A stretch of DNA of 64,000 bases from Escherichia coli (GTDB taxonomy: Bacteria > Pseudomonadota > Gammaproteobacteria > Enterobacterales > Enterobacteriaceae): the NCBI RefSeq assembly GCF_024298765.1, contig NZ_CP101210.1. One strand, 5' to 3'. Positions within the stretch are counted from its first letter, which is position 1; each line of letters opens with the position of its first letter. The position numbers and the translations under genes are program-made. This document shows positions 29,355 to 41,314 of this stretch, piece by piece. The notes beneath the pieces were generated by a model. That model did not search any database. It was not told the origin of the DNA and was given only the letters and a program-made list of their open reading frames with translations.

Positions 29355-31316
29355 TTACCCTTTTCGCTTCGGTAAAGTTTTCAGCAGCTCATCCGGACTT
29401 ACGGATGCCACTACGCTTCCCGGTAACGGCATTTTCAGTATGTGATTTTTGATTTTGCCAATGACGTGCATCTCGCATGGGCGGCAATCAAACTTTAGCG
29501 TTAATACTTCATCGCCGTTAACCAGTTGCATTGGCGTCGCCTTCCAGCTTTTGATATTGCCTTTCGCCTGTTTCGGGCACAGATTGAAGGCAAAGCGCAG
29601 ACAATGCTTAGTGATCATCACCGGGACTTCGCCCTTCTCTTCATGCGCTTCATACGCCGCATCAATCAGTTGCACACCATAGCGATGATAAAATTCACGC
29701 GCTTTCTGGTTGTAAACGTTCGCGAGGAAACTCAAATGCGTTTGCGGATAAACCGGCGCAGGATCAGCAACCGGTTTACGGCTGCCGCGCTGGTAACTGG
29801 CAAGACGCGCAGCATCTAGCATGTCGGCGGCTTCACGGCGGAACTGGTTTAACAGACTGTTTGGTACAAACAGCGCACCCGGCAAATTAATTTGCACATC
29901 GCGGGCGTAATAGATGGTTTGCCCCAGTTTTGCCAGACCATCCTTTAGATTGTTCATTGCTTTTTCGGCGTTATTGGCTTCGTCGAACTGCCCGTCCAGC
30001 GTATGCGTGATGCTGACACCCTCTTCACTGGTGAGGGTCAGAATCAGTTGTTCCTGCCAGCCGCCCAGTTCAATGTCTACCGCCACCCGACGTTCGCTGG
30101 AAGTTTTTGTCAGTGCCTGCTGCCAGTTATGATCAAGATTACGGTTTAGTGGGTGATGCGGGCGAATTTTGTGCAACTCTGCTGGCATTTCATTGGGCCA
30201 GACGCGGTACTGATTTTCTCCGGTTTTCTCGACCGTATTGGCACGAAAGCCGACGACTTCACGTTTAATCATCACGTTCAGGCCATCGCCATTTGCCAGT
30301 GGCTCGGTAACGGCAACATCGAGATGATCTTTCGCCACTTTCAATACTTCACCCACCGGCAGGCCGATAAATTTCGGCGAATCGAACGCGCCAATATCGC
30401 CTTTACGGGCATTCACAAAATAATCTGTGCTACCACGGTGGAAAGTCTTTTCCGTCGATGGAACAAAGAAATGTTCAGTACGACCTGATGAAGCACGCGT
30501 CAGATCGCCACGTTCTTCAATAATGGCATCCAGCATCTGGCGATAATGGGCGGTGATATTCTTCACGTAGCTCATATCTTTGTAACGCCCTTCAATCTTG
30601 AAGGAGCGTACGCCAGCATCAATCAGCGCGCCGAGGTTGGCAGTCTGATCGTTATCTTTCATCGACAGCAGATGTTTTTCATAGGAAACCACCCGCCCCT
30701 GATCGTCTTTCAATGTGTATGGCAAACGGCACGCCTGCGAGCAATCGCCACGGTTGGCGCTACGCCCTGTTTGCGCATGAGAAATGTAGCACTGACCCGA
30801 ATAGGCCACGCACAGTGCGCCATGAATAAAGAATTCAATGGTCGCGTCCGTGGCCTGGTGAATCGCGCGGATCTGCTCAAGATTCAGCTCTCGCGCCAGC
30901 ACAATCTGCGTGAAGCCAACATCAGAGAGGAACTTCGCTTTTTCTACTGTACGAATGTCGCACTGCGTACTGGCGTGCAGTTCAATCGGCGGAATATCAA
31001 GTTCCAGAATCCCCATATCCTGAACAATCAGCGCGTCGACGCCGGTCTGGTAGAGGTCGGTAATCAGCCGTTGCGCAGGTTCCAGCTCATCATCATGCAA
31101 AATGGTGTTAAGCGTGACGAAAATTTTTGCACCATAACGATGGGCAAATGGCACCAGTTCGGCAATATCTTTCAGGCTATTACTGGCATTATGACGGGCA
31201 CCAAAACCAGGGCCGCCGATATAAACAGCATCGGCACCGTGCAAAATAGCTTCGCGGGCAATGGCGGCATCGCGTGCCGGGCTTAACAGTTCAAGTCGAT
31301 GAGAAGATACGGTCAC
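29355..31316 (-). CDS. rlhA: U32-family peptidase-like protein (23S rRNA C2501 hydroxylation factor RlhA/YdcP)
   Basis: ORF 667 aa; GTG at 31316 gives the 653 aa recalled for K-12. Confidence 0.8.
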   Translation of the reverse strand: MTVSSHRLELLSPARDAAIAREAILHGADAVYIGGPGFGARHNASNSLKDIAELVPFAHRYGAKIFVTLNTILHDDELEPAQRLITDLYQTGVDALIVQDMGILELDIPPIELHASTQCDIRTVEKAKFLSDVGFTQIVLARELNLEQIRAIHQATDATIEFFIHGALCVAYSGQCYISHAQTGRSANRGDCSQACRLPYTLKDDQGRVVSYEKHLLSMKDNDQTANLGALIDAGVRSFKIEGRYKDMSYVKNITAHYRQMLDAIIEERGDLTRASSGRTEHFFVPSTEKTFHRGSTDYFVNARKGDIGAFDSPKFIGLPVGEVLKVAKDHLDVAVTEPLANGDGLNVMIKREVVGFRANTVEKTGENQYRVWPNEMPAELHKIRPHHPLNRNLDHNWQQALTKTSSERRVAVDIELGGWQEQLILTLTSEEGVSITHTLDGQFDEANNAEKAMNNLKDGLAKLGQTIYYARDVQINLPGALFVPNSLLNQFRREAADMLDAARLASYQRGSRKPVADPAPVYPQTHLSFLANVYNQKAREFYHRYGVQLIDAAYEAHEEKGEVPVMITKHCLRFAFNLCPKQAKGNIKSWKATPMQLVNGDEVLTLKFDCRPCEMHVIGKIKNHILKMPLPGSVVASVSPDELLKTLPKRKG

Positions 31317-31388
31317 ATTCTTATCCAGTAGCTGAAAAATGGCGGCTATTTTAGCCACAAGCGCGACGTTGCGAAATAGTTTTCCCGC

Positions 31389-31925
31389 TTAACTGCGTGG
31401 GTAATGGATGAGGGAATGAAAATGTACGATTTGCTCCCCACCATTACGATAGATATGCGTAACGTCTGCAGCAAATCGAGCGCCTTCTCCACAATTAAGG
31501 CTCTGCCATTCACCATCAACGCACAGATCAAGTTGCCCATCAATGACGACAACATGTTCGATTACTCCCTTCTCATGGGGCGTCGATTCACTTATTGCAC
31601 CAGGTGCCATCTGAATCGAGAAGTGTTCAAAGCAGAGTTGTGGATCATAAGGAAACAGCGAAGTGATCACCATCGCCTGCTGTTGAGGATCATAAACTGA
31701 AGGCGTAGCGGACTGCGGCGGAGAAATAAATGTCGAAAATGGCACATTCAACCCGGTGGCAATTTTCCATAATGTCGCGACCGTCGGGCTGGACTCATTA
31801 CGCTCAATCTGCCCTAACATCGCTTTAGAAACGCCCGTCGCTTCTGCCAGTCGCGAAAGACTCCAGCCGCGCTGCTGACGTAGTTGTTTAAGTGTGGTGG
31901 ATAAAAAGCGAGCGAGATTTTCCAT
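31389..31925 (-). CDS. ydcN: XRE-HTH / cupin-domain transcriptional regulator
   Basis: 178-aa ORF. Confidence 0.8.
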   Translation of the reverse strand: MENLARFLSTTLKQLRQQRGWSLSRLAEATGVSKAMLGQIERNESSPTVATLWKIATGLNVPFSTFISPPQSATPSVYDPQQQAMVITSLFPYDPQLCFEHFSIQMAPGAISESTPHEKGVIEHVVVIDGQLDLCVDGEWQSLNCGEGARFAADVTHIYRNGGEQIVHFHSLIHYPRS

Positions 31926-32016
31926 GCGACTCCTCCGGCAAAACGTAAGTTTATCACTTGTGCGTTATAACGGACAAATGCTACGGTGCCTGTATGCTAT
32001 AACGCACGAGGTGACT

Positions 32017-33189
32017 ATGCGTCTGTTTTCTATTCCTCCGCCCACGCTACTGGCGGGGTTTCTGGCGGTATTAATTGGCTACGCCAGTTCAGCGGCAATA
32101 ATCTGGCAAGCAGCGATTGTCGCCGGAGCCACCACTGCACAAATCTCTGGCTGGATGACGGCGCTGGGGCTGGCAATGGGCGTCAGTACGCTGGCTCTGA
32201 CATTATGGTATCGCGTACCTGTTCTCACCGCATGGTCAACGCCTGGCGCGGCTTTGTTGGTCACCGGATTACAGGGACTAACACTTAACGAAGCCATCGG
32301 CGTTTTTATTGTCACCAACGCGTTAATAGTCCTCTGCGGCATAACGGGACTCTTTGCTCGTCTGATGCGCATTATTCCGCACTCGCTTGCGGCGGCAATG
32401 CTTGCCGGGATTTTATTACGCTTTGGTTTAAAGGCGTTTGCGAGCCTGGATGGTCAATTTACGTTGTGTGGCAGTATGTTGCTGGTATGGCTGGCAACCA
32501 AGGCCGTTGCGCCGCGCTATGCGGTAATTGCCGCAATGATTATTGGGATCGTCATCGTTATCGCACAAGGTGACGTTGTCACAAATGATGTTGTCTTTAA
32601 ACCCGTTCTCCCCACTTATATTACCCCTGATTTTTCGTTTGCTCACAGCCTGAGCGTTGCACTCCCCCTTTTTCTGGCGACGATGGCATCGCAAAACGCA
32701 CCGGGTATCGCAGCAATGAAAGCAGCTGGATATTCGGCTCCTGTTTCGCCATTAATTGTGTTTACTGGATTGCTGGCACTGTTTTTTTCCCCTTTCGGCG
32801 TTTATTCCGTCGGTATTGCGGCAATCACCGCGGCTATTTGCCAAAGCCCGGAAGCGCATCCGGATAAAGATCAACGTTGGCTGGCCGCTGCCGTTGCCGG
32901 CATTTTTTATTTGATCGCAGGTCTGTTTGGTAGTGCCATTACCGGGATGATGGCTGCCCTGCCCGTAAGTTGGATCCAGATGCTGGCAGGTCTTGCGCTG
33001 TTGAGTACCATTGGCGGCAGTTTGTATCAGGCGCTGCATAATGAGCGTGAGCGCGACGCGGCGGTGGTGGCATTTCTGGTAACGGCAAGTGGATTGACGC
33101 TGGTCGGGATTGGTTCTGCGTTCTGGGGATTAATTGCCGGAGGCGTTTGTTACGTGGTGTTGAATTTAATCGCTAACAGAAACCGATAA
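32017..33189 (+). CDS. ydcO: BenE-family (benzoate-type) inner membrane transporter
   Basis: ORF trimmed to ATG 32017 with GAGGTG SD; ~390 aa hydrophobic. Confidence 0.8.
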   Translation: MRLFSIPPPTLLAGFLAVLIGYASSAAIIWQAAIVAGATTAQISGWMTALGLAMGVSTLALTLWYRVPVLTAWSTPGAALLVTGLQGLTLNEAIGVFIVTNALIVLCGITGLFARLMRIIPHSLAAAMLAGILLRFGLKAFASLDGQFTLCGSMLLVWLATKAVAPRYAVIAAMIIGIVIVIAQGDVVTNDVVFKPVLPTYITPDFSFAHSLSVALPLFLATMASQNAPGIAAMKAAGYSAPVSPLIVFTGLLALFFSPFGVYSVGIAAITAAICQSPEAHPDKDQRWLAAAVAGIFYLIAGLFGSAITGMMAALPVSWIQMLAGLALLSTIGGSLYQALHNERERDAAVVAFLVTASGLTLVGIGSAFWGLIAGGVCYVVLNLIANRNR

Positions 33190-33223
33190 TAAAAAGCGCC
33201 ATCTAACGATGGCGCAACTGGTA

Positions 33224-33892
33224 TTACTTTTTGTTAACGTCAAACATGGTGGCATCGGTCGCCATGTCATCAATAACTTGTTTAATATTTTCGAAAGCCA
33301 TTGGCGTACTTTCGTTATTCAGGTCTTTACCTTCGCCCTGACGAACGACTTTGATAACCGGTTTATTAGTCGCTGCATCAATCAGCTCACCTTCAAAATA
33401 CAGGCGAGTATCCATGGTACGGTGGCCCGTCGCCATTTGCGTCCCCGCAACCACTAATGCAACAGGAACCACTTCATAGAATTGCAGCCCTTCTTTGCTG
33501 GTATCTACACCGGTAATGGCCCCACGGAAAATCAGACTACGCGGCCCAGCGGTGGTAACCAGTGGTTTACGCTGCGCAATCGCTTCTTTCATTTCGGTGT
33601 TGGTATAACTCAAAATTTTATCCAGAACTTTCTGCCCTACCTGGGTAGATGGTTTCGGTACCGGATAATAAGTGACTGGGTTCCAGACGATGCTGTCATA
33701 TTTGCTTTGATCAAAACTCGGGTCTACCCAACGTAAAACAGGTTTACCTGTTGCTGAGGTTGTTTCTTTTAAATCAGAGTAATTGTTTAAAAAACCAGAA
33801 TATTTATCTGGCTGGGTGATTTTAGAGGCACAACCAGACAGAGCCAACAAGCCGCATAAAGCTGCAACTTTCGCAATTGATGTGGTACGCAT
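33224..33892 (-). CDS. ydcL: Lipoprotein YdcL
   Basis: 222-aa ORF; signal peptide with LSGC lipobox. Confidence 0.85.
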   Translation of the reverse strand: MRTTSIAKVAALCGLLALSGCASKITQPDKYSGFLNNYSDLKETTSATGKPVLRWVDPSFDQSKYDSIVWNPVTYYPVPKPSTQVGQKVLDKILSYTNTEMKEAIAQRKPLVTTAGPRSLIFRGAITGVDTSKEGLQFYEVVPVALVVAGTQMATGHRTMDTRLYFEGELIDAATNKPVIKVVRQGEGKDLNNESTPMAFENIKQVIDDMATDATMFDVNKK

Positions 33893-34006
33893 GAATAGTT
33901 TCCTGAGATGATTATATTACTTTCTAAGTTATAGCAAAAAGCGCCGCTTCGTGTTGTGGCAAAAAAAGTGTTGGTGAAAATAAATTTTTTAGCCCCTTTT
34001 CAGACG

Positions 34007-34048
34007 ACATAGTCAATGCCGAAAAAGACATAGTCAATGCCGAAAAAG
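34007..34048. repeat. Exact 21-bp tandem duplication (ACATAGTCAATGCCGAAAAAG x2) with partial third copy, flanked by inverted repeat AGCCCCTTTT/AAAAGGGGCT
   Basis: Read directly in the tehB-ydcL intergenic region. Confidence 0.8.
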
Positions 34049-34230
34049 GGGCTGCCGAAAAAGGGGCTAAGTCAATCATCAGTAGTTAAATTTCAGTAAG
34101 TTAAGCTGCTAAAAAATTTCGACTACTGTGATTAATTTCACATCCATTCGATAAAAAATATGCTTACCGAAAAGAAGAACAGTAAACCATCTCAGCGTGG
34201 GGAATTTTCACGCGCCTTGTTCCTAGCGGG

Positions 34231-34824
34231 TCATTTTTTACGTGCCAGCATCGTGGCGAAACGCAGTTTAATACGATTACCGTTGGCGTCGGTGCGGTGC
34301 AGCTCGCCGACGTCTTCATTGTATTTCACCATCTCCCAGCCTTCGTAATATCGACGTAATTCCCCCTCTTTGAAGGCAAACGGGAAGCCGACGGTACATG
34401 GATAATCAGCGGTATCCATCGCCGCCACAATCAGGTTGTAACCGCCAGGTTTAGTGCAACGTTGCATATTGGCAATCAGCCCTGGGATGGTTTTAGCCTC
34501 AAGGAACATCAGCACCACAGTCGAAAGAATAAAATCATACTGTCCATCAAATGTGAGGTTATTCAGATCAACGACCCGGGTGTGTAAATTCTCCAGATTT
34601 TCAATGGATTTAATCCGCTCGACGTTGGCGATACTCATGGCATTTTTATCCCATGCGTCAACATCATAACCATTGGCTGCCAGGTAAAGACTGTTACGAC
34701 CATTGCCACAGCCCAGATCCAGCGTTTTACCCGGTTTAACCACTTTCACCGCTTCCAGCACTTCAGAGTGTGTGCGAGTTAATTCATATTTATCAGTAAA
34801 ATAGTTTTCGTCACGAATGATCAT
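34231..34824 (-). CDS. tehB: Tellurite-resistance SAM-dependent methyltransferase
   Basis: 197-aa [16 protein letters not shown] motif. Confidence 0.9.
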   Translation of the reverse strand: MIIRDENYFTDKYELTRTHSEVLEAVKVVKPGKTLDLGCGNGRNSLYLAANGYDVDAWDKNAMSIANVERIKSIENLENLHTRVVDLNNLTFDGQYDFILSTVVLMFLEAKTIPGLIANMQRCTKPGGYNLIVAAMDTADYPCTVGFPFAFKEGELRRYYEGWEMVKYNEDVGELHRTDANGNRIKLRFATMLARKK

Positions 34825-35813
34825 TCTTTGTCCTCTGCTTTCATTAAAACGGCGCGCTCGGTTCTGATTAACAATTTTCCCTGCATCAGAAGCGCAAAAG
34901 TACGGATGAGCAGTATTGCAATAATAAAATTGGTAAAGATAAACAGCGGCACCGCCAGCGTATGGAAAAATCCATTATCGCTGCCACTCCCCAGATGCAA
35001 ACCGGTGGTTGCCAGTGCAGATACGCCGAACGAGAAACTCCAGAATGAAGCATTAAATGGCTGGGAGAGATACCATGGCATCAGACGTAGCATAAACAGC
35101 AGTTGCAGCAGTCCATAACCGAAAAGCATTTTCGCCAGCGTGTCACCCTCGCCGCCGTTGACGCTCAGCCAGGCACTACAGGCCACCAGCGCAGGAGCGA
35201 GCTGAATGCCGAGTGATGTCCGCAGCGCCGTGGGTAATTCTCCCGAACTGCGCAGACGCTGCAAGATCACAGGTTCAAGGCTTAGCCATGAGAAAACGCC
35301 TGCGCCTAAAAACACCAGACCGGCGTCGGTGTAGCCCAACGCACCACAGGCCATTGCGCTGATAAAGTTGTTGGCAACTGTCGGCAGATACAGTCCAGGC
35401 GTGGTAGCTTCTTCAGGGTGAGATCCGCGCCATAATCCCGCAGTTTGCCAGGCGGCATAAGCCAACTGAACCACGACGCCAAAACTGAACAGGCACACCG
35501 CCAGTGGGCGAAACCACGGAACAAAACCAATCGCCACCAGCATCGTCGTTGCCGGAAACAAACTCACAAAACTGCTCAGCACTGGATGGCGCACTTCCGC
35601 CAGCACGCTATGCGGAAAGCGTATGAGTCGGGTAATAAATGCGCTAGTTAATAATCCCCAGATGATCATCGCCAGAATCACCAGCCCATCCCCTAACCAG
35701 TGGCTGACCTGCCAAACCTGGCTGGCATAGCGCCAGGCAAATCCCATCCCTATCGTCCCCAACACAATACCAAAGTAGCCTGCCGGCAAATTGAGCACTT
35801 TATCGCTCTGCAT
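34821..35813 (-). CDS. tehA: Tellurite resistance / TDT-family membrane protein
   Basis: ORF trimmed to [14 protein letters not shown] start (330 aa). Confidence 0.85.
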   Translation of the reverse strand: MQSDKVLNLPAGYFGIVLGTIGMGFAWRYASQVWQVSHWLGDGLVILAMIIWGLLTSAFITRLIRFPHSVLAEVRHPVLSSFVSLFPATTMLVAIGFVPWFRPLAVCLFSFGVVVQLAYAAWQTAGLWRGSHPEEATTPGLYLPTVANNFISAMACGALGYTDAGLVFLGAGVFSWLSLEPVILQRLRSSGELPTALRTSLGIQLAPALVACSAWLSVNGGEGDTLAKMLFGYGLLQLLFMLRLMPWYLSQPFNASFWSFSFGVSALATTGLHLGSGSDNGFFHTLAVPLFIFTNFIIAILLIRTFALLMQGKLLIRTERAVLMKAEDKE

Positions 35814-35936
35814 CTTCTTACTCATTTTGTTTAATTTATAAAGTATATTTGAAATGCATTTTATGGAATTTTCTCGAGCATAGCCAGAGCCGCAGAATTT
35901 GCTACGGTTATAGTAAGTCACCTGTGGGAAAACGCT

Positions 35937-36917
35937 ATGCGCAAATATCGTCTAAGTGAAGAACAGCGAGCCTTTAGTTATCAGGATGATGGCACTAAAA
36001 AAAGTGTGTTATTACGGCAGATTATCGCCATGAGCGATTTTAACGATGTGATAGCAGAAACCGCTGGCGGCTGGATCGATCGCGAAACGGTGTTAGCACA
36101 GGAAGGAAATTGCTGGATTTACGACCAGAATGCTATTGCGTTCGGCGGAACGGTGATATCCGGGAATACGCGTATCACCGGCACCAGCGTGCTGTGGGGA
36201 GAGGTTTACGCAACGGATAATGTCTGGATCGATAATAGTGAAATCAGCCAAGGTGCATATATAAGTGACAGCGTCACCATTCGTGACTCATTAGTTTGTG
36301 GTCAATGTAGAATATTTGGTCACGCCTTAATTGATCAACATTCTATGATCGTCGCCGCACAAGGCTTAACGCCCGACCATCAACTCCTGCTACAAATTTA
36401 TGATCGCGCAAGGGTTAGCGCCTCGCGTATTGTTCACCAGGCACAAATTTATGGCGATGCCGTCGTCCGGTATGCTTTTATTGAACATCGCGCCGAAGTT
36501 TTTGATTTTGCCAGCGTTGAAGGTAATGAAGAGAACAACGTCTGGCTATGCGATTGCGCTAAAGTCTACGGTCACGCGCAGGTGAAAGCTGGCATAGAAG
36601 AAGATGCCATTCCGACGATTCATTACAGTTCGCAGGTGGCGGAATATGCCATTGTGGAAGGTAATTGTGTGTTAAAACATCATGTCTTGATTGGCGGAAA
36701 TGCCGTGGTACGTGGCGGACCGATTCTGCTCGACGAGCACGTTGTAATACAAGGTGAGAGCCGTATTACAGGTGCGGTGATAATTGAAAAACATGTGGAG
36801 TTAACCGACCACGCCGTCGTTGAAGCCTTTGATGGCGACACGGTTCATGTCCGTGGTCCAAAAGTCATTAACGGCGAGGAGCGCATTACGCGAACGCCGC
36901 TGGCAGGGTTATTGTGA
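35937..36917 (+). CDS. ydcK: Conserved protein YdcK (left-handed beta-helix repeats)
   Basis: 326-aa ORF. Confidence 0.8.
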   Translation: MRKYRLSEEQRAFSYQDDGTKKSVLLRQIIAMSDFNDVIAETAGGWIDRETVLAQEGNCWIYDQNAIAFGGTVISGNTRITGTSVLWGEVYATDNVWIDNSEISQGAYISDSVTIRDSLVCGQCRIFGHALIDQHSMIVAAQGLTPDHQLLLQIYDRARVSASRIVHQAQIYGDAVVRYAFIEHRAEVFDFASVEGNEENNVWLCDCAKVYGHAQVKAGIEEDAIPTIHYSSQVAEYAIVEGNCVLKHHVLIGGNAVVRGGPILLDEHVVIQGESRITGAVIIEKHVELTDHAVVEAFDGDTVHVRGPKVINGEERITRTPLAGLL

Positions 36918-37448
36918 ATCGATAATACGCGCGTATAAGTTCACATCATCATAGGCATCATTCAGGAACTCAGCCTGTTTCAGACAACCTTCAAGGATAA
37001 AACCATTGCGCAAAGCGACCTGGTTGCTTTGCGCATTGTCCACCCGACATTTGATCACGAAGCGTCTAAGTTCACCAGACTGAGCGTAATGATGAATCAA
37101 TGCCTGCAGCGCCTGAGAAATGATCCCCTGCCCCTGATAAGATTCGTCCAGCCAGTAGCCAATTTCAGCGGTTTTATTCAGTGGTTCAATACGATTAAAC
37201 GAGATAACGCCGATAAGTTCATCTTCTTTGAAAATCATGAACATTTTGGCATAGCCGCGTTGATGCAACATCACATTACCCTGCACCGTTTTTCGCGTGT
37301 CCTCTTCACTTTGAACAAACTGCGGCCAGTTTAGCGACTGCTGTAACCAGGTTTTATTTTTACAGATTAACTGATAAAGAGGTGTGACGTGATTTTCTGC
37401 AACAGCATGTAATTCAAGTGATTCGCTTACTTTTATCGTTTCAGTCAT
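36909..37448 (-). CDS. rimL: Ribosomal protein L7/L12 serine acetyltransferase
   Basis: ORF trimmed to [12 protein letters not shown] start (179 aa); GNAT fold. Confidence 0.8.
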   Translation of the reverse strand: MTETIKVSESLELHAVAENHVTPLYQLICKNKTWLQQSLNWPQFVQSEEDTRKTVQGNVMLHQRGYAKMFMIFKEDELIGVISFNRIEPLNKTAEIGYWLDESYQGQGIISQALQALIHHYAQSGELRRFVIKCRVDNAQSNQVALRNGFILEGCLKQAEFLNDAYDDVNLYARIIDSQ

Positions 37449-37510
37449 CTTATCTCCAGTCAATCCATGCAGTTGTTAAAAAAGCCGCCTGGCTGGCGGC
37501 TTAGGAAAGT

Positions 37511-37735
37511 TTACACCTCTTTGACGCTCTCCTGCTGCAGGATTTTGAGCATCTCATCTTTTAACTGTAGCTTTTGTTTTTTCATGCGGACCACTTCCGC
37601 ATTGTACCCTCGACCGTCGGAACCTTCCTTTCTGGCAATTTCATGATCAAGTTTATTGTGTTTATCGAACAAGGACATAAAGCGAGGATTTTCGTTTTTC
37701 AGACGGGATATTAAATCTCGGTATTCTGGAAACAT
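37511..37735 (-). CDS. ydcH: Small conserved protein YdcH
   Basis: ORF trimmed to MFPEYRDL start (74 aa). Confidence 0.75.
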   Translation of the reverse strand: MFPEYRDLISRLKNENPRFMSLFDKHNKLDHEIARKEGSDGRGYNAEVVRMKKQKLQLKDEMLKILQQESVKEV

Positions 37736-37874
37736 ACGCACTCCCTGTTAGTGGCTGACAAGGTGTATCTGAAATACACACCATCAGATTACTCATTTAA
37801 CTTAGGGAAAAATGCGAGCGGGATCGTGTTTAACCAGACGGCACCTCCCGAAGAAGGTGCCGAAGAAAAAACGA

Positions 37875-39530
37875 CTAACTCATCACGCGGTCGTCAACAT
37901 ACTGACGTTTATCCGGCGCTGGCGGGAAATACTGATAGAGCCATGTTTCACTGATAGCGTCGCCCTGACAACGCAGATACATCCGCATATCGACCGGATC
38001 AGTGGAGTCCGAAGTCGGATACCAGTCAAACTGAATACGATAACCATCAATGGGTTCAATATAGAGAATTTCGATTTGCTTCGCTTCCCCACTGGAAAGC
38101 GTAATCACCGGCTCAATGCCTTTTGGCGCGGCAGCTTTCAGATCACCACCAACGAAATCGACGGCAAAACGACGCGCCCATTTTTCGGGATAGTGTTCAC
38201 CTGGCGCCCAACCTTCCGGGAAACCGCCCATGCCGGTACGCGTCGCCATAACGCGCGCTAATGGGCAATGAACAGGCGGTTGCGCACTCCAGTACAGACG
38301 ATACTGGAATGCAAACTCATCACCCGCTTTCACAGCTTTTTCTGGCTGCCAGAAGCAGACAATGTTATCCAGCGTTTCGCCCGTTGTTGGGATTTCCATC
38401 AGGCCGATGGTGCCCTTACCCCACTTGTTACGCGGCTCCACCCACAGACTTGGGCGTTTGTTATACCAGCCCATAATGTCCTGATAATGGGAGAAATCAC
38501 GATCCAGTTGCAATAAACCAAACCCTTTCGGGTTGTTGTCGGTGTAAGCATTGAACTGCAATTTTTGCGGATTATTCAGCGGACGACAAATCCACTCGCC
38601 ATTGCCCCGCCACATGGACAGACGATCTGAGTCATGGATTTGCGGATGAATGGTGTCGCACATCCGACGTTCATTAGTACCGCAGCTGAACATGCTGGTC
38701 ATCGGCGCAATGCCCAGCTGTTTAATGTCTTTGCGCGCATACAGGTGATTTTCCACATCCATAATCACCTGACTTTTCTCACAATGGATAGTGAACTTAT
38801 AGGCACCAGTAATGCTGGCGCTATCGAGCAACGCATAAACGGTAAAGGTGGTTGCCCCCGGTTTTACCGTATCAAACCAGAAGTCAGTAAAGTCGGGGAA
38901 CTCTTCTTTACTGTCGGTGTAAGTGTCGATCGCCAGGCCGCGGGCCGACAAACCGTATTGATATGTATCATCAACCGCGCGGAAATAACTCGCGCCGAGG
39001 AATGATACGACATCACGGCGCGCCAGTTCGGGGGCTTTAAACACGCGAAAACCGGCAAAACCGAGATCGCTTTGCCCTTCTAATTGTTTGGTATCAACAC
39101 CCGCATCGTTGTATTTGAACAACTCCGGGCGAAAGTGAATTTCACGCGCCAGATGTGTTGCGGGATCAACAGAAAACATACGAACGCGGCGACGGAATCC
39201 CATTCCCATATGGAAGAACTGAGCGTCCAGTTGACGGTTCTCAACGTTATGCCAGAGCGATTTTTCGGCGTCGTATTGAATACTGTTATAAGCCTGCGGC
39301 GTCATTGTCGCCAGAGTGTCAGGTAACGGACGCGGCGCACCACGCCACGCTGTTTGCGCTAAGTCGTGCGCCATTGACTGTAGAATGGAGAAGTCAAAAC
39401 GTTGGGTTTGCCCGTCGGCAATATCAGAATCTGCCGCGAATGCCGCCTGAGAAAAAAGAGAAGCAATGCCGCTGGTACCGCACACGGCGGCCATAGCCAT
39501 TGAACCTTTAATAAATCGTCTACGATCCAT
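37875..39530 (-). CDS. opgD: Osmoregulated periplasmic glucan biosynthesis protein D (Tat-secreted)
   Basis: 551-aa [13 protein letters not shown] twin-arginine signal. Confidence 0.9.
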   Translation of the reverse strand: MDRRRFIKGSMAMAAVCGTSGIASLFSQAAFAADSDIADGQTQRFDFSILQSMAHDLAQTAWRGAPRPLPDTLATMTPQAYNSIQYDAEKSLWHNVENRQLDAQFFHMGMGFRRRVRMFSVDPATHLAREIHFRPELFKYNDAGVDTKQLEGQSDLGFAGFRVFKAPELARRDVVSFLGASYFRAVDDTYQYGLSARGLAIDTYTDSKEEFPDFTDFWFDTVKPGATTFTVYALLDSASITGAYKFTIHCEKSQVIMDVENHLYARKDIKQLGIAPMTSMFSCGTNERRMCDTIHPQIHDSDRLSMWRGNGEWICRPLNNPQKLQFNAYTDNNPKGFGLLQLDRDFSHYQDIMGWYNKRPSLWVEPRNKWGKGTIGLMEIPTTGETLDNIVCFWQPEKAVKAGDEFAFQYRLYWSAQPPVHCPLARVMATRTGMGGFPEGWAPGEHYPEKWARRFAVDFVGGDLKAAAPKGIEPVITLSSGEAKQIEILYIEPIDGYRIQFDWYPTSDSTDPVDMRMYLRCQGDAISETWLYQYFPPAPDKRQYVDDRVMS

Positions 39531-39754
39531 ACCTGAAAGTGAGTCCTTCTGGTGTTGTGAATGGTCCCGCGCTGGTCGTTTTCAGCGGCAAGAAAGTGCT
39601 TATTTATGACCGCTCACTCTAGACAATATTTATTAATAATCCAATTGTTGAACTGAGAGAATATGCATAAATCGGCAATTTTTTTATGTCGATGGGATGA
39701 GCCTGATTCGTTTGTAAAATCAGGCAAATTTTTGCAAAGGCGGATGGTCAGAAT

Positions 39755-41098
39755 TTAAAGCAAACCACAGCGACGTTTACTGCGTTCTTCCGCTTCCTGA
39801 TAAAGCTGGAACTCATCCAAAACCGGGCAGCCCAACGCCTGCTCAAATGCTTCGCGACTGGCATTACCGTGACTGCGTGCCTGCGTTTCATTACCCAGAT
39901 TTGACTGGAAGATCCCCGCCGCGCTAACAGGCAAGAAATCTTCATAGGTAATGGGTTGCGCCACTACCCAACCACGTTCAATTAAGGGCTGTGGATCGTC
40001 TCCGGGATGAATCGCCTGACGATGCGTCTCACCTGAAGGCGTCAGACGGTACCGGAACCATGCCAACCCTTGCTGACGCATTAAAAACTCACTGTCAGGA
40101 AAAGTGCGGAAGGTTTCCTGTAAATGCATTTGGTGAGTGAGATTATCCTGCCCGGTTCCAGCGTTCCGCAGTAGATCATCATACAGTTGTCGTCCTTTCG
40201 GCGTTAATGCCACGCCACGTTGCTCTATTTCACCAAAGCGCGCGGTATGCGTGCCCTGTTTCTGCCCTGCAAACAACACCGTCTCTTCCAGTGCTTTAAA
40301 GCTAGTCTGGCGTAGTAAAATCGGTACCTCGCGGCGCGGCGGCCCTTCGATCAGAATTTTGGGTTCAATTCCGCATTCAGGCATCATCGACTGCACCCGG
40401 TCAATATCCAGCGTGCGTGGCGTCAGGTGGTTGATATGGCATCCAGGAAAACAGACCACATCAGCAATCAACCGATGTTCGTTGTGCAAGGCGCGATAGG
40501 TTTCTTCATCTACCGTTGCTGACTGGTGCCAACGAAACGTTTCCAGGGCTTCCTGCACAAACTCCTGTGCCTGTGTTTCGTTAAAACCGCCCCGCTGCTC
40601 ATATTCCTCTAACAGTTGTCGACAACGTGGGGTGAAGATATCGCGCTGACGCAGAATCTCCGCCGCTTTCTGGCGCAAAATTTCGTTCTCGATAAGCTCA
40701 AGGCGGAGTAATGAAGTAAAAACGCGGAAGGGATTACGCGCCAGAGAAGCATCATCAATGGGCCGAAATGCTGTCGAATGTACCGGCACCCCCGCCTGCG
40801 AGAGATCGTAATAGCTCACCGGGTACATCCCCATAATGGCAAACATCCGCCGAAGAGTAGCAAGCTCTTGTGCAGTCCCAACACGAATCGCCCCATGACG
40901 TTCAACATTCAGTCGCGCCAGCTCGTCTGCATTTACCATTTTTTCGTGCAGTTGAGGATTGTTTTCCAGCACAGCCAGATTCACATCAGCTACCAGTTCC
41001 AGCAGCGTACCGTACTGCGGAACTTCTTGCTGGTACATGGCTGACATTGCCTGCGAAAACTGTTCCCGAATCTCATCCGCCGTGATGCTGTTCGCCAT
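39755..41098 (-). CDS. ydcJ: Conserved protein YdcJ
   Basis: 447-aa ORF. Confidence 0.85.
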   Translation of the reverse strand: MANSITADEIREQFSQAMSAMYQQEVPQYGTLLELVADVNLAVLENNPQLHEKMVNADELARLNVERHGAIRVGTAQELATLRRMFAIMGMYPVSYYDLSQAGVPVHSTAFRPIDDASLARNPFRVFTSLLRLELIENEILRQKAAEILRQRDIFTPRCRQLLEEYEQRGGFNETQAQEFVQEALETFRWHQSATVDEETYRALHNEHRLIADVVCFPGCHINHLTPRTLDIDRVQSMMPECGIEPKILIEGPPRREVPILLRQTSFKALEETVLFAGQKQGTHTARFGEIEQRGVALTPKGRQLYDDLLRNAGTGQDNLTHQMHLQETFRTFPDSEFLMRQQGLAWFRYRLTPSGETHRQAIHPGDDPQPLIERGWVVAQPITYEDFLPVSAAGIFQSNLGNETQARSHGNASREAFEQALGCPVLDEFQLYQEAEERSKRRCGLL

Positions 41099-41314
41099 AA
41101 TGTCTGCCTCCAGTGGTCAGTAATCTGGAGTGTAGGTAACCGCATTCACTCTGGCGGGAAGAATTTGCAAACTGTGATCTCGCCGCGAAAACATCAATAT
41201 TATCCATTTCGCTGTAACATAATTGCTTTAATTGTTAATAATATTTTGCAATCAAGTTATCATAATCAAACAACTTCACTTGTCAGCGACACCGCTTCGT
41301 TTTTAACATCGCTT

